Position numbers and translations under genes: made by a program. The notes beneath the pieces were generated by a model. The model was given only the letters and a program-made list of their open reading frames with translations, had not been told where the DNA came from and did no database searches. A DNA stretch of 64,000 nt from Mytilus edulis (lineage: Eukaryota). The DNA lies in NCBI RefSeq assembly GCF_963676685.1, contig NC_092351.1, positions 39,556,001 to 39,620,000 on the forward strand. Reading direction: 5' to 3'. This document shows positions 1 to 11,529 of this stretch, one piece after another. How positions within the stretch are numbered: the stretch's first letter is position 1; the number at the start of each line of letters is the position of its first letter.

Positions 1-409
1 ATTGTTGAAGGCCATAAGGGGACTTATGGTTGTTAGTTTCTGTGTCACTTAAGAGTTATCTGATTGGCAATCATACCACATCTTCTTTGTTATATTATAA
101 ACATATTTTTTTCAGCTTTTTACAAAACTAACGGTAAACAAAGAACTTGCTGAACAAATGATTGATCCACTGTTTCTTAGTTTACTTATTGTAATTATTT
201 AAAACATGTTAAGGTATGCATAAAATAATATTACAATTAAATCTATCAATAATGAAATCTATATATTTTTTATTTTTTTTTAAATCAAGGTTTCATGGAG
301 TTTAATAGACAAACATATAATGCCTTTATGGCTAAAACAAAGTCTAAAGCAATTGGTTGAAATATTAGCCATTTTAAATTAATTGTTCAAATATTATAAA
401 TAGAGTCAC

Positions 410-646
410 CTTTCAAGTTACAATATAAGCCACACTGCTGTATAACTGTTTTATTTTCATCTGGTCCATCAAGGGCAATAACTCTATCTAAGCCTCCCCG
501 TAACTGGATGTCAATTATCTTGACAACTATTGTTGTATCGTTAGGTGAATGTAGATTCCAGGAGCATATATTTGGCTTTGTAGTGTCGTTTAGGTCTATG
601 GTTGTTACAGAGCTGTCTATGTTTACGGTTTTATCACAGGTTGAAA
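410..646 (-). CDS. CUB-like domain exon (coding exon 2) of a secreted/membrane protein; gene continues beyond the window start
   Basis: Acceptor ttttatag| at 647-648 and donor |gtgact at 409; 237 nt, phase 1-1. VSTCDKTVNID...NICSWNLHSPNDTTIVVKIIDIQLRGGLDRVIALDG...QQCG matches the CUB pattern C..C.W.(I/L)..P....I.....D.....D.....DG.....CG. Confidence 0.8.
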
Positions 647-1341
647 CTATAAAATAAGACAATTGCGAAATTTTAATGAAAGACAGTATAATTAACTGTT
701 TTATAAATTAGAAATTTATTTATAAAAGGAATGATTTCTTGTATGTCTGAAAGTAATGAAATTTGTATATATTAAAGGGAGGTTATCTATAGTTACATTT
801 TGTCCTAAATTGACAATATTTCACACCAGTGAAATTGATTGTCATGCAATTTTGTCTCATCAAAGGAAGGTTATAGAAATTAACAAATTTGACAATGCTA
901 TAATAGACAACTTTCGAGTTCGATGCATTTCCGTCAAAAACTCTGGTTTTAGTGAACGTCATTTGTGCGTTTAGGGGCGTCGTCACTTCCATTCCAATGT
1001 TGAGCGAGTGGTTGGAAAACTATAATTCTATATTGTACGAATTATTCGGCAAATTGAATTCTCAAAATTGACAATCAGCATTGCTGTCATTAGGGAATTG
1101 TCATTAAGTACCTACAGAACAACCATTATTTCTAGTTTATCCTGCACAATGACGATCACTTAGACGCTTGATGAACGTAAATAGTGCAGGGATACAGGCG
1201 ACCCCCTCTATCTGGTAAATGACATCATAAAGGCGCCTATAATTGACAAGTTTTTTCCGGTGACAGATGAACTCGAAAGTGGTCTATTGTAGTCAATGGA
1301 AGTGTTTTATTTTATTGAATATACAAACTATTGAAAGTTAA

Positions 1342-2113
1342 TACTGTGGATTCATTTATTTTCCTGGGTACCAATTTTCATGGATTGAGGAAAACTTACA
1401 CTTTCATGGGTATTGAATTTTGTGGTTTTGCCTAGGTCTCCAAAAAGCCTATAGGAAATTTGTCATTTGATGAATAATAAAGGAGTATAGGTAAGGGCAG
1501 ATTTTGGCCTCAATTTTCAGGTTTATTTGACGAAAGATTTTGGACACTTTTTAAACACTTTAGTGTCTATTTCATTTGATTCAATTAGTTAATGTGAAAG
1601 ATTTTAACTGAGTTACTCATTAAAAACGCTACGATTGAAGCTTAAATATGAAAAATCTATCAAATATGCCAAAAAATGTCACTTTTCAGATGGTTTTTGT
1701 CAAAAATGAAAGTAGCCGCAATCCGTGTTCATCCTCAACTTTAATATATGATATGTATTATCATCAAATACAACTTAAATTTCAATATTAAGAATGAACA
1801 CAAATGCGGCCACTTTCATTTTAGACGGAAACTAAAATGCTAAAATTGTGAATATTTCAGTAATTTATCATGACTTAATGATGCTAGTACCCAATATATA
1901 TGCATTGTATTGTCAAAAACAGCCTATATTTATGTAGCTGAAGCATTCTACTTTCCAATAAATAACTAAAAGTTTAAATTTTAACAATTTTGTAAAACCG
2001 TTATATTTTGAGGCCAAAAAGGGGTTTTACCGAATCTACTCCTTTTGTGGTTCACCTGTACTCACGAAATTCATGAAAGTAAGTATCCAATGAATAATAA
2101 TGAATCCACAGTT
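1342..2113. mobile_element. MITE (TIR TACTGTGGATTCA) carrying a nested second TIR element
   Basis: tactgtggattcatttatt at ~1342 and aataatgaatccacagt at ~2096-2112 are inverted. Nested element ~1480-2043 has inverted ends aggagta...ggtaag...ttttggcctcaa / ttgaggccaaaa...ttaccg..tactcct. Confidence 0.65.
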
Positions 2114-2233
2114 ATATTTATTAACTATAAATTCACATTTAAAATTACTTTTTATATATGTTAAATTACATATTTGTTTGATAGTTATAAACTTTCTATA
2201 CATGCTATACGAAATTTTTCAGTTGTAAACAAA

Positions 2234-3155
2234 AACAAGAGGCTGTCACGACGACAGCAAACCGGATTTATTAACATTCATTTGTGTCCTGGTAATATCA
2301 CAAGAACCATTACTGATGAATGGTGAAAGTGAAAATCGTCAATATCAAATTTGACCTCCATTTTGTCATCAGTATAAACATATTAAAATTTGACAAGCTT
2401 AGATTGAATGGTTCATGAGTAAATGCAACAACGTGAATGGAAACACCATTTTACGATCTTTCAAGAACCATAACTCCTGAACGGTAAAAGTCAAAATCGT
2501 CATTATTGAACTTGACCTCTATTTTGTCATCAGTAACAACATATTAAAATTTTAAAAGCTTTGGTTGAATGGTTCATGAGAAAATGCACGGACATGACGG
2601 GAAACACCATTTTTCAATCTTTCAAGAACCATTACTCCTGAACAGTAAAAGTCAAAATCGTCATTATTGAACTTGACCTCCATTTTGTCATCAGTAACAG
2701 CATATTAAAATTTCGGAAGCTTTGGTAGAACAGTTCATGCATAAATGCACGGACACGACTGGAAACTCCATTTTTCAATCTTTCAAGAACCATAACTCCT
2801 GAACGGTAAAAGTCAAAATCGTCATTATTGAACTTGACCTCCATTCTGTCATCAGTAACAACATATTAAAATTTGGGAAGCTTTGGTAGAACAGTTCATG
2901 CGTAAATGCACGGACACGACTGGAAACTCCATTTTTCAATCTTTCAAGAACCGTAACTCCTGAACGGTAAAAGTCAAAATCGCCATTATTGAACTTGACC
3001 TTCGTATAGTTGTCAGTAATAACATATTAAAATTTTAAAAGCTTTGGTTGAACGGTTCATGAGTTAATGTACGGACAACATTTGATTGCCGGCCAGCCGC
3101 CCTCCGTACATCCCCAAATCAATAACCGACATTTTTGTCACAAAAAAACGGTAAA
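2234..3155 (+). repeat. Helentron-like (HINE/pearl-type) element with ~5 internal 161-bp tandem repeats
   Basis: caagaacc...actcctgaac..taaaagtcaaaatcg recurs at 2462, 2623, 2784, 2945 (161-bp period). Starts aacaagag and ends in a short palindrome plus A-run, the layout of bivalve satellite-carrying elements. Confidence 0.75.
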
Positions 3156-3234
3156 TAATGTTTTTGTTCTGTAACGACACCAAGCATTAATGATAAATAT
3201 TGATAACATCAAAAGAAACTAATTATCTATTTAC

Positions 3235-3286
3235 CTGCAGATGCAATGTCAACAAAAATAATCACCATGCACACAAGGCGAAACAT
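3235..3286 (-). CDS. Signal-peptide exon (coding exon 1) of the CUB-domain gene: MFRLVCMVIIFVDIASA
   Basis: Acceptor tctttcag| two bases before the ATG, donor cag|gtaaat; phase 1 joins in frame to the 646 exon (G|TT=Val). Hydrophobic core with A-S-A cleavage motif. Confidence 0.8.
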
Positions 3287-3527
3287 TTCTGAAAGATAAA
3301 AAAAAAAATCTTTTCAAAAGAATGAATAGATGGTTTATACATAGGGCCTCAGGATAGGGCTTTATACACTATATATATGGGCTAGAATTAAATAGGTGAG
3401 ATACACTGACAAATGCTCATTGTTAATCTGTTGATAACATCGATGCTACAGAAAATTCCCAAGAAGACAATTTGTTCACTTTAAGATAAAATGGCAAGTA
3501 GAGTATGTGTGATTAAACGTACATTAT

Positions 3528-4305
3528 CAGTCAGGGGACTTACTTAAATAAGTGATTTTTAAATCACTTATTTAAGTAGCAAATTCAAAGTTTTGTCACA
3601 AATTGTGATTATGTAGTTTTACAAAAAATTTAAACACATAGATTAAATAATATCTTTTCATTAGTAAAATTGAAAAAATAAAGACCTTTTTGCTTCTTTT
3701 AGGTAGCAAGGTTTATGCCTTTAATGCTATCATTTAGCTGCAAATTCTATTTTAGTTGAAAAAATGCTATAATAATGGCTTTACATAATAAACTGATACT
3801 TTTTTAACCGATTTTTCCCAGAAGTGGAAGTATTTTCCTTTGAAGTTCAAGGTTTCATCTTTCAGATAATGTAATAAAATTCTACTGTTCGTGATTAAAA
3901 TTTCACTGTTCGGGGATGTTGAAATTAGTGGGGGTTATTAAAATAATGATACTTAAAGAAGTGATTTTTGGGAAGGAAATTGAGGTATGATACTTAAACA
4001 AGTGATTTTTATTTCATTATCCTAGATTCAGTACAAGGTCATCACCTGAAATGACCTGGTCATCCTAGACAACACAGATGTTGGTTCTGATAATTTTAGA
4101 AACATAATTAATCCCTGGATCATTATATTAGTATTTTATATTTAAAGCTACAATAAAATTAAATCACTTCTTCTAGTGATTAATTTGTACTACTTAAATA
4201 GGTGATTATTAAAGAAAGACAACTCTAACTTCCAACCCTTGTGAAAATAATGTTACTTGATTCAGTGATTTAGTAAATCACTCATTTAAGCAAATCCCCT
4301 GACTG
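3528..4305. mobile_element. Non-autonomous DNA transposon, TIR CAGTCAGGGGA, 5-bp TSD ATTAT
   Basis: cagtcaggggacttacttaaat ... atttaagcaaatcccctgactg; ATTAT at 3523-3527 and 4306-4310; many internal ACTT..AAGTGATT motifs. Confidence 0.8.
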
Positions 4306-4344
4306 ATTATGCATATAATACACATATTTCTACAAATCTATATA

Positions 4345-4512
4345 TAAAATTGAGAATGGAAATGGGGAATGTGTCAAAGAGACAACAACCTGACCATAGA
4401 AAAAATAACAGCAGAAGGTCACTAACAGGTCTTCAATGTAGCGAGACATTCCTGCACCCGGAGGCGTCCTTCAGCTGGCCCCTAAACAAATATATATACT
4501 AGTTCAGTGATA
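4345..4512 (-). repeat. 3'-terminal fragment of a Penelope-like retroelement family (same as 5397-5795 and 43978-44760)
   Basis: Near-identical aaaattgagaatggaaatggggaatgtgtcaaagagacaacaacc... block present three times in the window. Confidence 0.7.
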
Positions 4513-5396
4513 ATATGTACATAAATTTTGGTTTAAGCTGTAAAGCAGCAAACCAGCTAGCTTGTTCTATATACTGAACTACAACTTGATTGGTTATTCA
4601 CAATTCTGGAGTTATGCTTCAATGAACCTAATCTATGTATACCAATGAGTGGTCAATTATTATGTTAGTAGGGATTTTTTTGCCAAAAAGTGCAGAAACC
4701 TTCATTTTATTCCATAAAACAAAGACATGGTTAGGCAGTTTGGCTGTTCATGTACAAAACTCATTACCAACAGCATACCACAACCAACATTCAATCAATC
4801 AATCATTACAGACAAAAATATCTCATCCTCATATTTAAAGTGATATTGTTTATATAGTTTAGTAAAATTTAGGTAGGACCCATATAAGTCAACTAAAATT
4901 GAAATAGGTATTCATATACATTTATGAACACTTACAGTCATTGACAGTCCTGTATCCTGTCTATAAATTACCTTTTTTGAGTTTGAAATTCTCACTTTTT
5001 GGCATTTACAAACTGTAACGAGTAATTCACTCACAATATATATTTATGAATGTGCTTAATATTATCTGCACAAATACACTTAGATCTCTGATGCACATGT
5101 GTATTTTCAATATTGTTCTAAAATTTCACACTATACATTGTACTTATAAAAGTTGCAATAACTTGTTTCCCAATCCACTATAAATAAATAGGGTGTAACC
5201 TATTCTTGTGTAATACCAGAAAATGTCAGATTAAGCAGGGTTTCGGATTACTCAGGTTTTTCTGCAAGGATAGGCATATTTTAGGACCATGAAAATGTGT
5301 CAGTTAAAGCAGGATGTTAAAATACTCAGATGTCAAATTTGGCAGGTTACACTGTATGTTTAAACTATAAAAATATAACTTTATAAAATTAAATAA

Positions 5397-5795
5397 GATT
5401 GAGAATGGAAATGGGGAATGTGTCAAAGAGACAACAACCCGACCAAATAAAAAACAACAGCAGAGGGTCACCAACAGGTCTTCAATGTAGCGAGAAATTC
5501 CCGCACCCGGAGGCGTCCTTCAGCTGGCCCCTAAACAAATATATACTAGTCCAGTGATAATGAACGCCATACTAATTTCCAAATTGTACACAAGAAACTA
5601 AAATTAAAATAATACAAGACTAACAAAGGCCAGAGGCTCCTGACTTGGGACAGGCGCAAAAATGCGGCGGGGTTAAACATGTTTGTGAGATCTCAACCCT
5701 CCCCCTATACCTCTAACCAATGTAGTAAAGTAAACGCATAACAATACGCACATTAAAATTCAGTTCAAGAGAAATCCGAGTCTGATGTCAGAAGA
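5397..5795 (-). repeat. 3'-terminal fragment of a Penelope-like retroelement family
   Basis: Colinear with 43981-44380. Confidence 0.7.
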
Positions 5796-6021
5796 TAGCA
5801 TATAACTGCCTTACTTTGATATTTCTATTTACAATAGTTTCAGTGTTAAATTTGTATAAATACTGAAAGTTGGAATTTCCACTACCACAAAGAAAAAAGT
5901 TGTATTGTGAATATAAAACAAAAACTAATTTGAACATACATAAATCTATAAAAGGGGGCAATAATTTAACGACTGGTAATTAAACTATAATTCATTAAAA
6001 TTTTAAAATGCATTATATTAC

Positions 6022-6185
6022 CATAGGCATATCCAAAGGGGGGAGCTTGGGGGCCTGCCCCCTCTTTGTGGGAAAAATTTGGATGATTATATAGGGAGTC
6101 ACTGAAGCATGACTGGAGCAGCCCCCCCCCCCCCCCTTTCGGTCAGTCAGTGGGCCCTTTACAAAAAGTTCTCGATCCACCACTG
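6022..6185. mobile_element. Degenerate G/C-run MITE (family of 17959-18139), 5-bp TSD ATTAC
   Basis: cataggcatatcca..gggggg ... ctcgatccaccactg flanked by ATTAC on both sides. Confidence 0.6.
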
Positions 6186-6274
6186 ATTACAATATAAACC
6201 TTAGTTATGTATAAATAACATTATAACATTTTGTATCAAAAACAATTGCACTTTCAGTTTATAGTTTATTGATA

Positions 6275-7448
6275 CTAGAACACACCCGCGAAATCGTGGG
6301 CAATCAGAGCGTGGTTGAAAGTATGTAAAGTGTTGTAGGAAGAATTTTGCAAAAGATTTAATGACTGGAGAATTTAAGGAAAAGTATCAAAAGTCATAGG
6401 TACTTGGGGACAGGAAAATGTTTTTTTTTATCCCTCCTTTATTTCCCAAATTCCCATTTTTTGGTTTTCTATTAATTTCAATATGAACATACATTTAGTA
6501 TATTAAATACATTCAAATCAGGAGCCTGTGATTCAGTGGTCATGGTGGTTGTCGTTTGTTTTTGTCTTATATATTTTTTTTGTTCATTTTTTTGGTACAT
6601 AAATAACGCCGTTAGTTTTCTCGTTTGAATTGTTTTACATGCATTTCGGGGCCTTTTATAGCTGATTTTGCGGTATGGGCTTTGCTCATTGTTGAAGGCC
6701 ATACTACCTATAGTTGTTAATTTCTGTGTCAATTTGGTTTCTTGTGGAGAGTTGTCTCATTGGCAATCATACCATACCTATTTTTTGTTATAATGAATTT
6801 TTGTAAAAGATTTAATTGATGAAGAATTTCAGAAAAGGTATCAAAAGTCAGGTGCTTTGGAACAGGACAATTGTTTTCCTAGCCCTGCTCCTCCATTATT
6901 TTTCAAAAAATTCCCATTTTTTTTAAATTTCTATTTACATATACATGATTGATAACACATGCATACTTTTAGCGCTTAACTGTATATAATGAACATCCTT
7001 TACTTTTAATAAAGTGTATTTGCTTTTTACTTTCAATGCTCAGGTTACTAATCCATCCACGGCGGTCATTTCTATATTATACAGACTCTCTCTCTCTTTC
7101 TCTCTCTCTCTCTTTAGTTTACTCTGTGACCACAGTGGATAGTAAACTTGAAAAAGATAGCAGATAGAAAATACACTTTATTCGTAGTATATGTATGTTC
7201 AAAGAATACAGAAAAACGCAAACCGGAAGTCTAATATGACTTAAAATTTTGCCCAATGACGGAATCAATATCCGGATGCGTTTTTTCTAGTTTTTCTCCC
7301 AAAATAACTCAATCTGAATAATCATAAAAATGGATGACAAATGCGACTATGCACTGTACCTATAGGGCACAGAGGCATGATGATTACTTTATTGTGGAAA
7401 GAAGAGAAGCGATACACAAAATGAGGTCTTCTCGTTTAATAGTATAGA
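6275..7448 (-). mobile_element. Non-autonomous Helitron
   Basis: On the minus strand it starts A|TCTATACTATTAAACGAGAAGACC and ends in a CCCACGATTTCGCGGG hairpin + CTAG|T. Same termini as 30678-32242. Confidence 0.8.
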
Positions 7449-10099
7449 TGATATGTAAAGTTCTTGTGAACTTGTATCCTGTTGTAGTGTTATCAGTTTT
7501 GCATTAAATGCACTTTTATAGACAAATAATAACCTTACCTTTAACAGGCAGTATCCTGCACTGATAGGACACTCTTATAATACACACTTATCACAAGACC
7601 ATTTATCATAAATAATTATTATACCAACAAGGAAGTTACCTATTTAACCATATGTAAATATATCTATTTTAAACTTTTTTGGGATTTCAAAAATTAAAGT
7701 AATATCAAAACCAATGAAGCATAAATAAAATCATATCTAATTTCTTTTTTAATTTTTATAAATCAAGTATCTCCTTTTCATAAAATTGTCCTTATATAGG
7801 ACAATGGACAGGGAAATGACAACGGTTTTAAATTTTTAGACTTTTTTCCATGGAGCATTTAAAAGTTGTAATTGCACAACTATTGCAAGATATTACTGTA
7901 AAAGGATGTTGTGTTAGGCATTTTTATTGGGAATGTTCTAGATGGTTTCACCTAGAAAAAAGATATGGTCTTATATCAGTGACATGTATGCATGGAGGTC
8001 TGTTGGTCTCCAAGTAATTTCTAATTTTCAGAATGTCGACCTAATTCCTGGCAAATTGTTAGACTGAATTTTCTTTACAATTGCAACTTATCAGTATCCA
8101 AACACTTATAGTTTGTCCAGAAATTTGTCCCAAAATCAACATATCAGAATTTTTTATCACTACCATGACTACATGAGAATCATGGTATCACAAGTAACAA
8201 ATTAGAATCAAGTAAATGCAGTACATGTATATATACAATAGTAATAGAATTTATTCACTTTCAACACTGATGACAAGTAATTTTTTCAAAGCACATTAAA
8301 TCTAAATACTTAATATATAATATTATAATAATTACTTTTTTTTAAAAGCAAGCTTTAAGTCCAGTTAAGTTCAATTTTTGTGGGGTAAATGATGAGTTAT
8401 TAACTAGATGATATGATTATATGTCAAAATTTAATGGATCATTACAGGGTAAATATTTACTGTAACAGAGAAATATACTGTATTTGTTTTAGCACCCTCA
8501 AGGTTTATTCAACAGTAAAATCATGATTTAGTCCCAGTATCTATCAAGGTTTAATGCATGAAGTGAGGTAATATTGTCAATTTCAATAAATGGTTATCAA
8601 GTGGGACATGTAACAAGATAATTTTGAGATGCATTAAGTGCTTACATACACTTATTGAAAGTGTTAAGATTATTTTAACTAACAATATAATATAGTTAAT
8701 CATCAGTCTATAAATAGAACAATATTAGAAGGACACAGTTAATTTTAGCCTACGGTGGTAACTATATGGCCTTGAATGTCAACTCTATCATATATCATAG
8801 AGATTTTAACATGAAATATTTTCTAAAATGAATACAATTCAAGTCTTAATTCTAGGTAAAAACAAATCCCCTCAGAAAAATGCATTATACATGTAGACTC
8901 AAAAGTCAGCACATTTTGAAAAATTTTCCAAAACACAAAACATGTAATTAAAATAAAGTGAAGTGCCAAAACATTAGTAAAAGTAGTATAGAAATTTATA
9001 GTATTTGTGGGCTGATTGAAAATACATAATAATCATGATAATCTCAGGATCAATTTTAACCTTTCATGAATCTTCTCCTTAATAAAAAGGGAGACATTCA
9101 TTACAATGAAGACCCTAAATCTGGAGTGTTTGTCTACATGAGGAAGAATAACAGATCTGTTCATCAATGTACATAAAATGTTGACATTACATATTATACA
9201 TGTTATACTGGCATTTTGAAGAAGTGGTCCCCTATATGGCTGGTAATGTTGTGGAAGTACAATTTTTCAACTATTGCTTATATAGAATTTACACAGAATT
9301 AAGCATTCATGATCCTGAGTGATATGAAAACCACATCACATTTTCAAAATCATACTCATTATCTAAAGATGATTTGCCAGTGCTACACTCTTATATTGCT
9401 GGATGGACATCATAAAGAGCAATAGCATAAACATTACAGAAAGACACAGTCTTGAGGGTTGTAATGGGAATACCTTCATGACGTTAACAGTAATTTTTAA
9501 TGCATGACTATAAAATGTACACTTTCTTTCAGACGATAACAAATATCAGCTGAATTTGACGAATCATGCTATTTTTTTTCCTAAAAATAACGGTAACAAT
9601 AATTATTTGAGACATCTGACGAATCACGATAAGTATATTTTGTCGAATCACAGTAAAATTTTAACCAATATGACGCTAACCATGCTAACGGTAGCTGAAA
9701 ATGACCGTTTGACGCCTGACGGTAAAGGGCATTACCACCTTCTGTCTTGTGCAATGACAAGATTATACTGTAAATTTAAAAAAGAAACACAGATAATAGA
9801 CATGATAGATATTCAAATTAATGTTCAATAAACATTAAGAACATTATAAAGAAAAAAAATCAGACATCTTGCTTGAAAAACAAGACTTTATTTGGTTGGG
9901 TGTGAAATATAACTTTTTATTGACAATTTTTCAGAGTAAATCTCCAATTCTATATCAACTCAATTTAGCTCTTAACATTGCTAAAAATGTTTCTCCTATT
10001 GCATGTATTGAGATTTTTTTTTCAATGAAATTTCAGTTTCAATTCTGCATTACTATTTGGAATGGTATACTAAAACTTTTAATCCATTGTATGTATGTA

Positions 10100-10408
10100 T
10101 GTACTGAGATTCCGCCAATTAAGACGCACCCCTTGATTGACTACAAGGGTACAGCGGATCCATGTACACTCCCTAAGGATTAATGGAGATGTGTCCTTTA
10201 CAATATTATCCCACCACCAGAACAATCCCCACCCAACACCGCCCAAGGGAGCGTGTAGGACACCGGGAAGTCTGTTATTATGGTGGAGGAAGCCGAAGTA
10301 CTCGGAGAGAACCACCGGGCCACTCGGTGGAAACAGACAAACCAGAGAGATATCAGATGATCGATCTCCAGGTCAAAGTAGGGGACAACTTTGACCAACC
10401 GAGGCCCC
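10100..10408 (-). mobile_element. tRNA-derived SINE-like element
   Basis: Minus strand begins ggggcctcggttggtc and contains the SINE core ggtggttctctccgagtacttcggcttcctccacca, shared with the SINE at 26770-27640. Confidence 0.55.
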
Positions 10409-10816
10409 CAAAGTACCCATTATTGACACTCAATTCATTATTTTTGTGAACATAAAACTTTAACAAGAACTTTTAGGCAGATGATTTTTTCAAGGTATCC
10501 AAATTTAGCAAAATTATATTCAGCACTGACAGTGCTTTTTGTACTCATGTTTGCAAAGAATTGAATTGCACTACCAAATGAGAAATTTCAATACAATAAA
10601 GCAAAGGAGATTATTTGTTACAAACTTATCAAGCAAATACAGCCAAAACAGCTATCCAGAACAAACCTGATGTCAGATTTGAACCGATTTTACAGAGTAA
10701 ATAATGATTTTCACAATGAAGTAATTTGTGCAACAATTAGATAACTATTCAACAAGAAAACTTATATATTAGACATAACATGACAAAATGTTCCTATAAA
10801 GATAGAGCTGATAAAA

Positions 10817-10925
10817 ACTTACTCTTATATTTTTCTAGAGTAAGACGCACTTTCACTTTCGACCGGAAGTTTTAATTGTAAATGCCATAACCATGATAAC
10901 GGAAATGATAGAAAATCCGGGAAAT
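10817..10925 (-). promoter_or_regulatory. Possible promoter and first non-coding exon (ETS-type CCGGAAGT, splice donor gtaagt), perhaps of the CUB gene
   Basis: CCGGAAGT at 10863-10870, further CGGAAA/CCGGGAA motifs, and a minus-strand donor at 10822-10817. The link to the CUB gene is inference. Confidence 0.3.
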
Positions 10926-11226
10926 CAATCCAAAGTCTACAAAAAGAGAATTTTTTTTTGGCACTATGATATAAAATGCCAGTTAACCTTTAGAATGACC
11001 ACTCTAATTTTACCTTATGTTTTTGCTATTTAATAATCAAGTTTATGATTTATGACGAGTTTCTGTCATGAAATAGAAGTTCCTTCATAATAATAATATT
11101 CATGATAAGTTCCAAGTTGAAGTGATATTCAGTAATTTAGTCGAAGAATTGTTTAAGCCAAAAAAAAATCTATAAGGGAGCTACCATTTAATTTTTATAG
11201 GGGAAAAAAGGGGGGTGACATTTAGA

Positions 11227-11529
11227 AACAAGAATGTGTCCTCAGTACACGGATGCCCCATCCGTAATATCATTTTCTATGTTCAGTGGACTGTGAAAAT
11301 GGGGGAAAATCTCTAATTTGACATTAAAATTAGAAAGATCATATCATAGGGAACATGTGTACTAAGTTTCAAGTTGATCGGACTTCAACTTCATCAAAAA
11401 CTACCTCAACCAAAAACTGAAACATAACTCTAACCTGAAGCGAGACGAACGGATGAACGGACGAACGAACGAACAGACGGACGGACGCACAGACCAGAAA
11501 ACATAATGCCCATAAATGGGGCATAAAAA
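11227..11529 (+). mobile_element. Helentron-like/MITE-like element with GACG/GAAC microsatellite and terminal palindrome
   Basis: aacaagaatgtgtcc ... (acga/acgg)n ... atgcccataaatggggcat aaaaa; second copy at 31190-31565. Confidence 0.7.
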
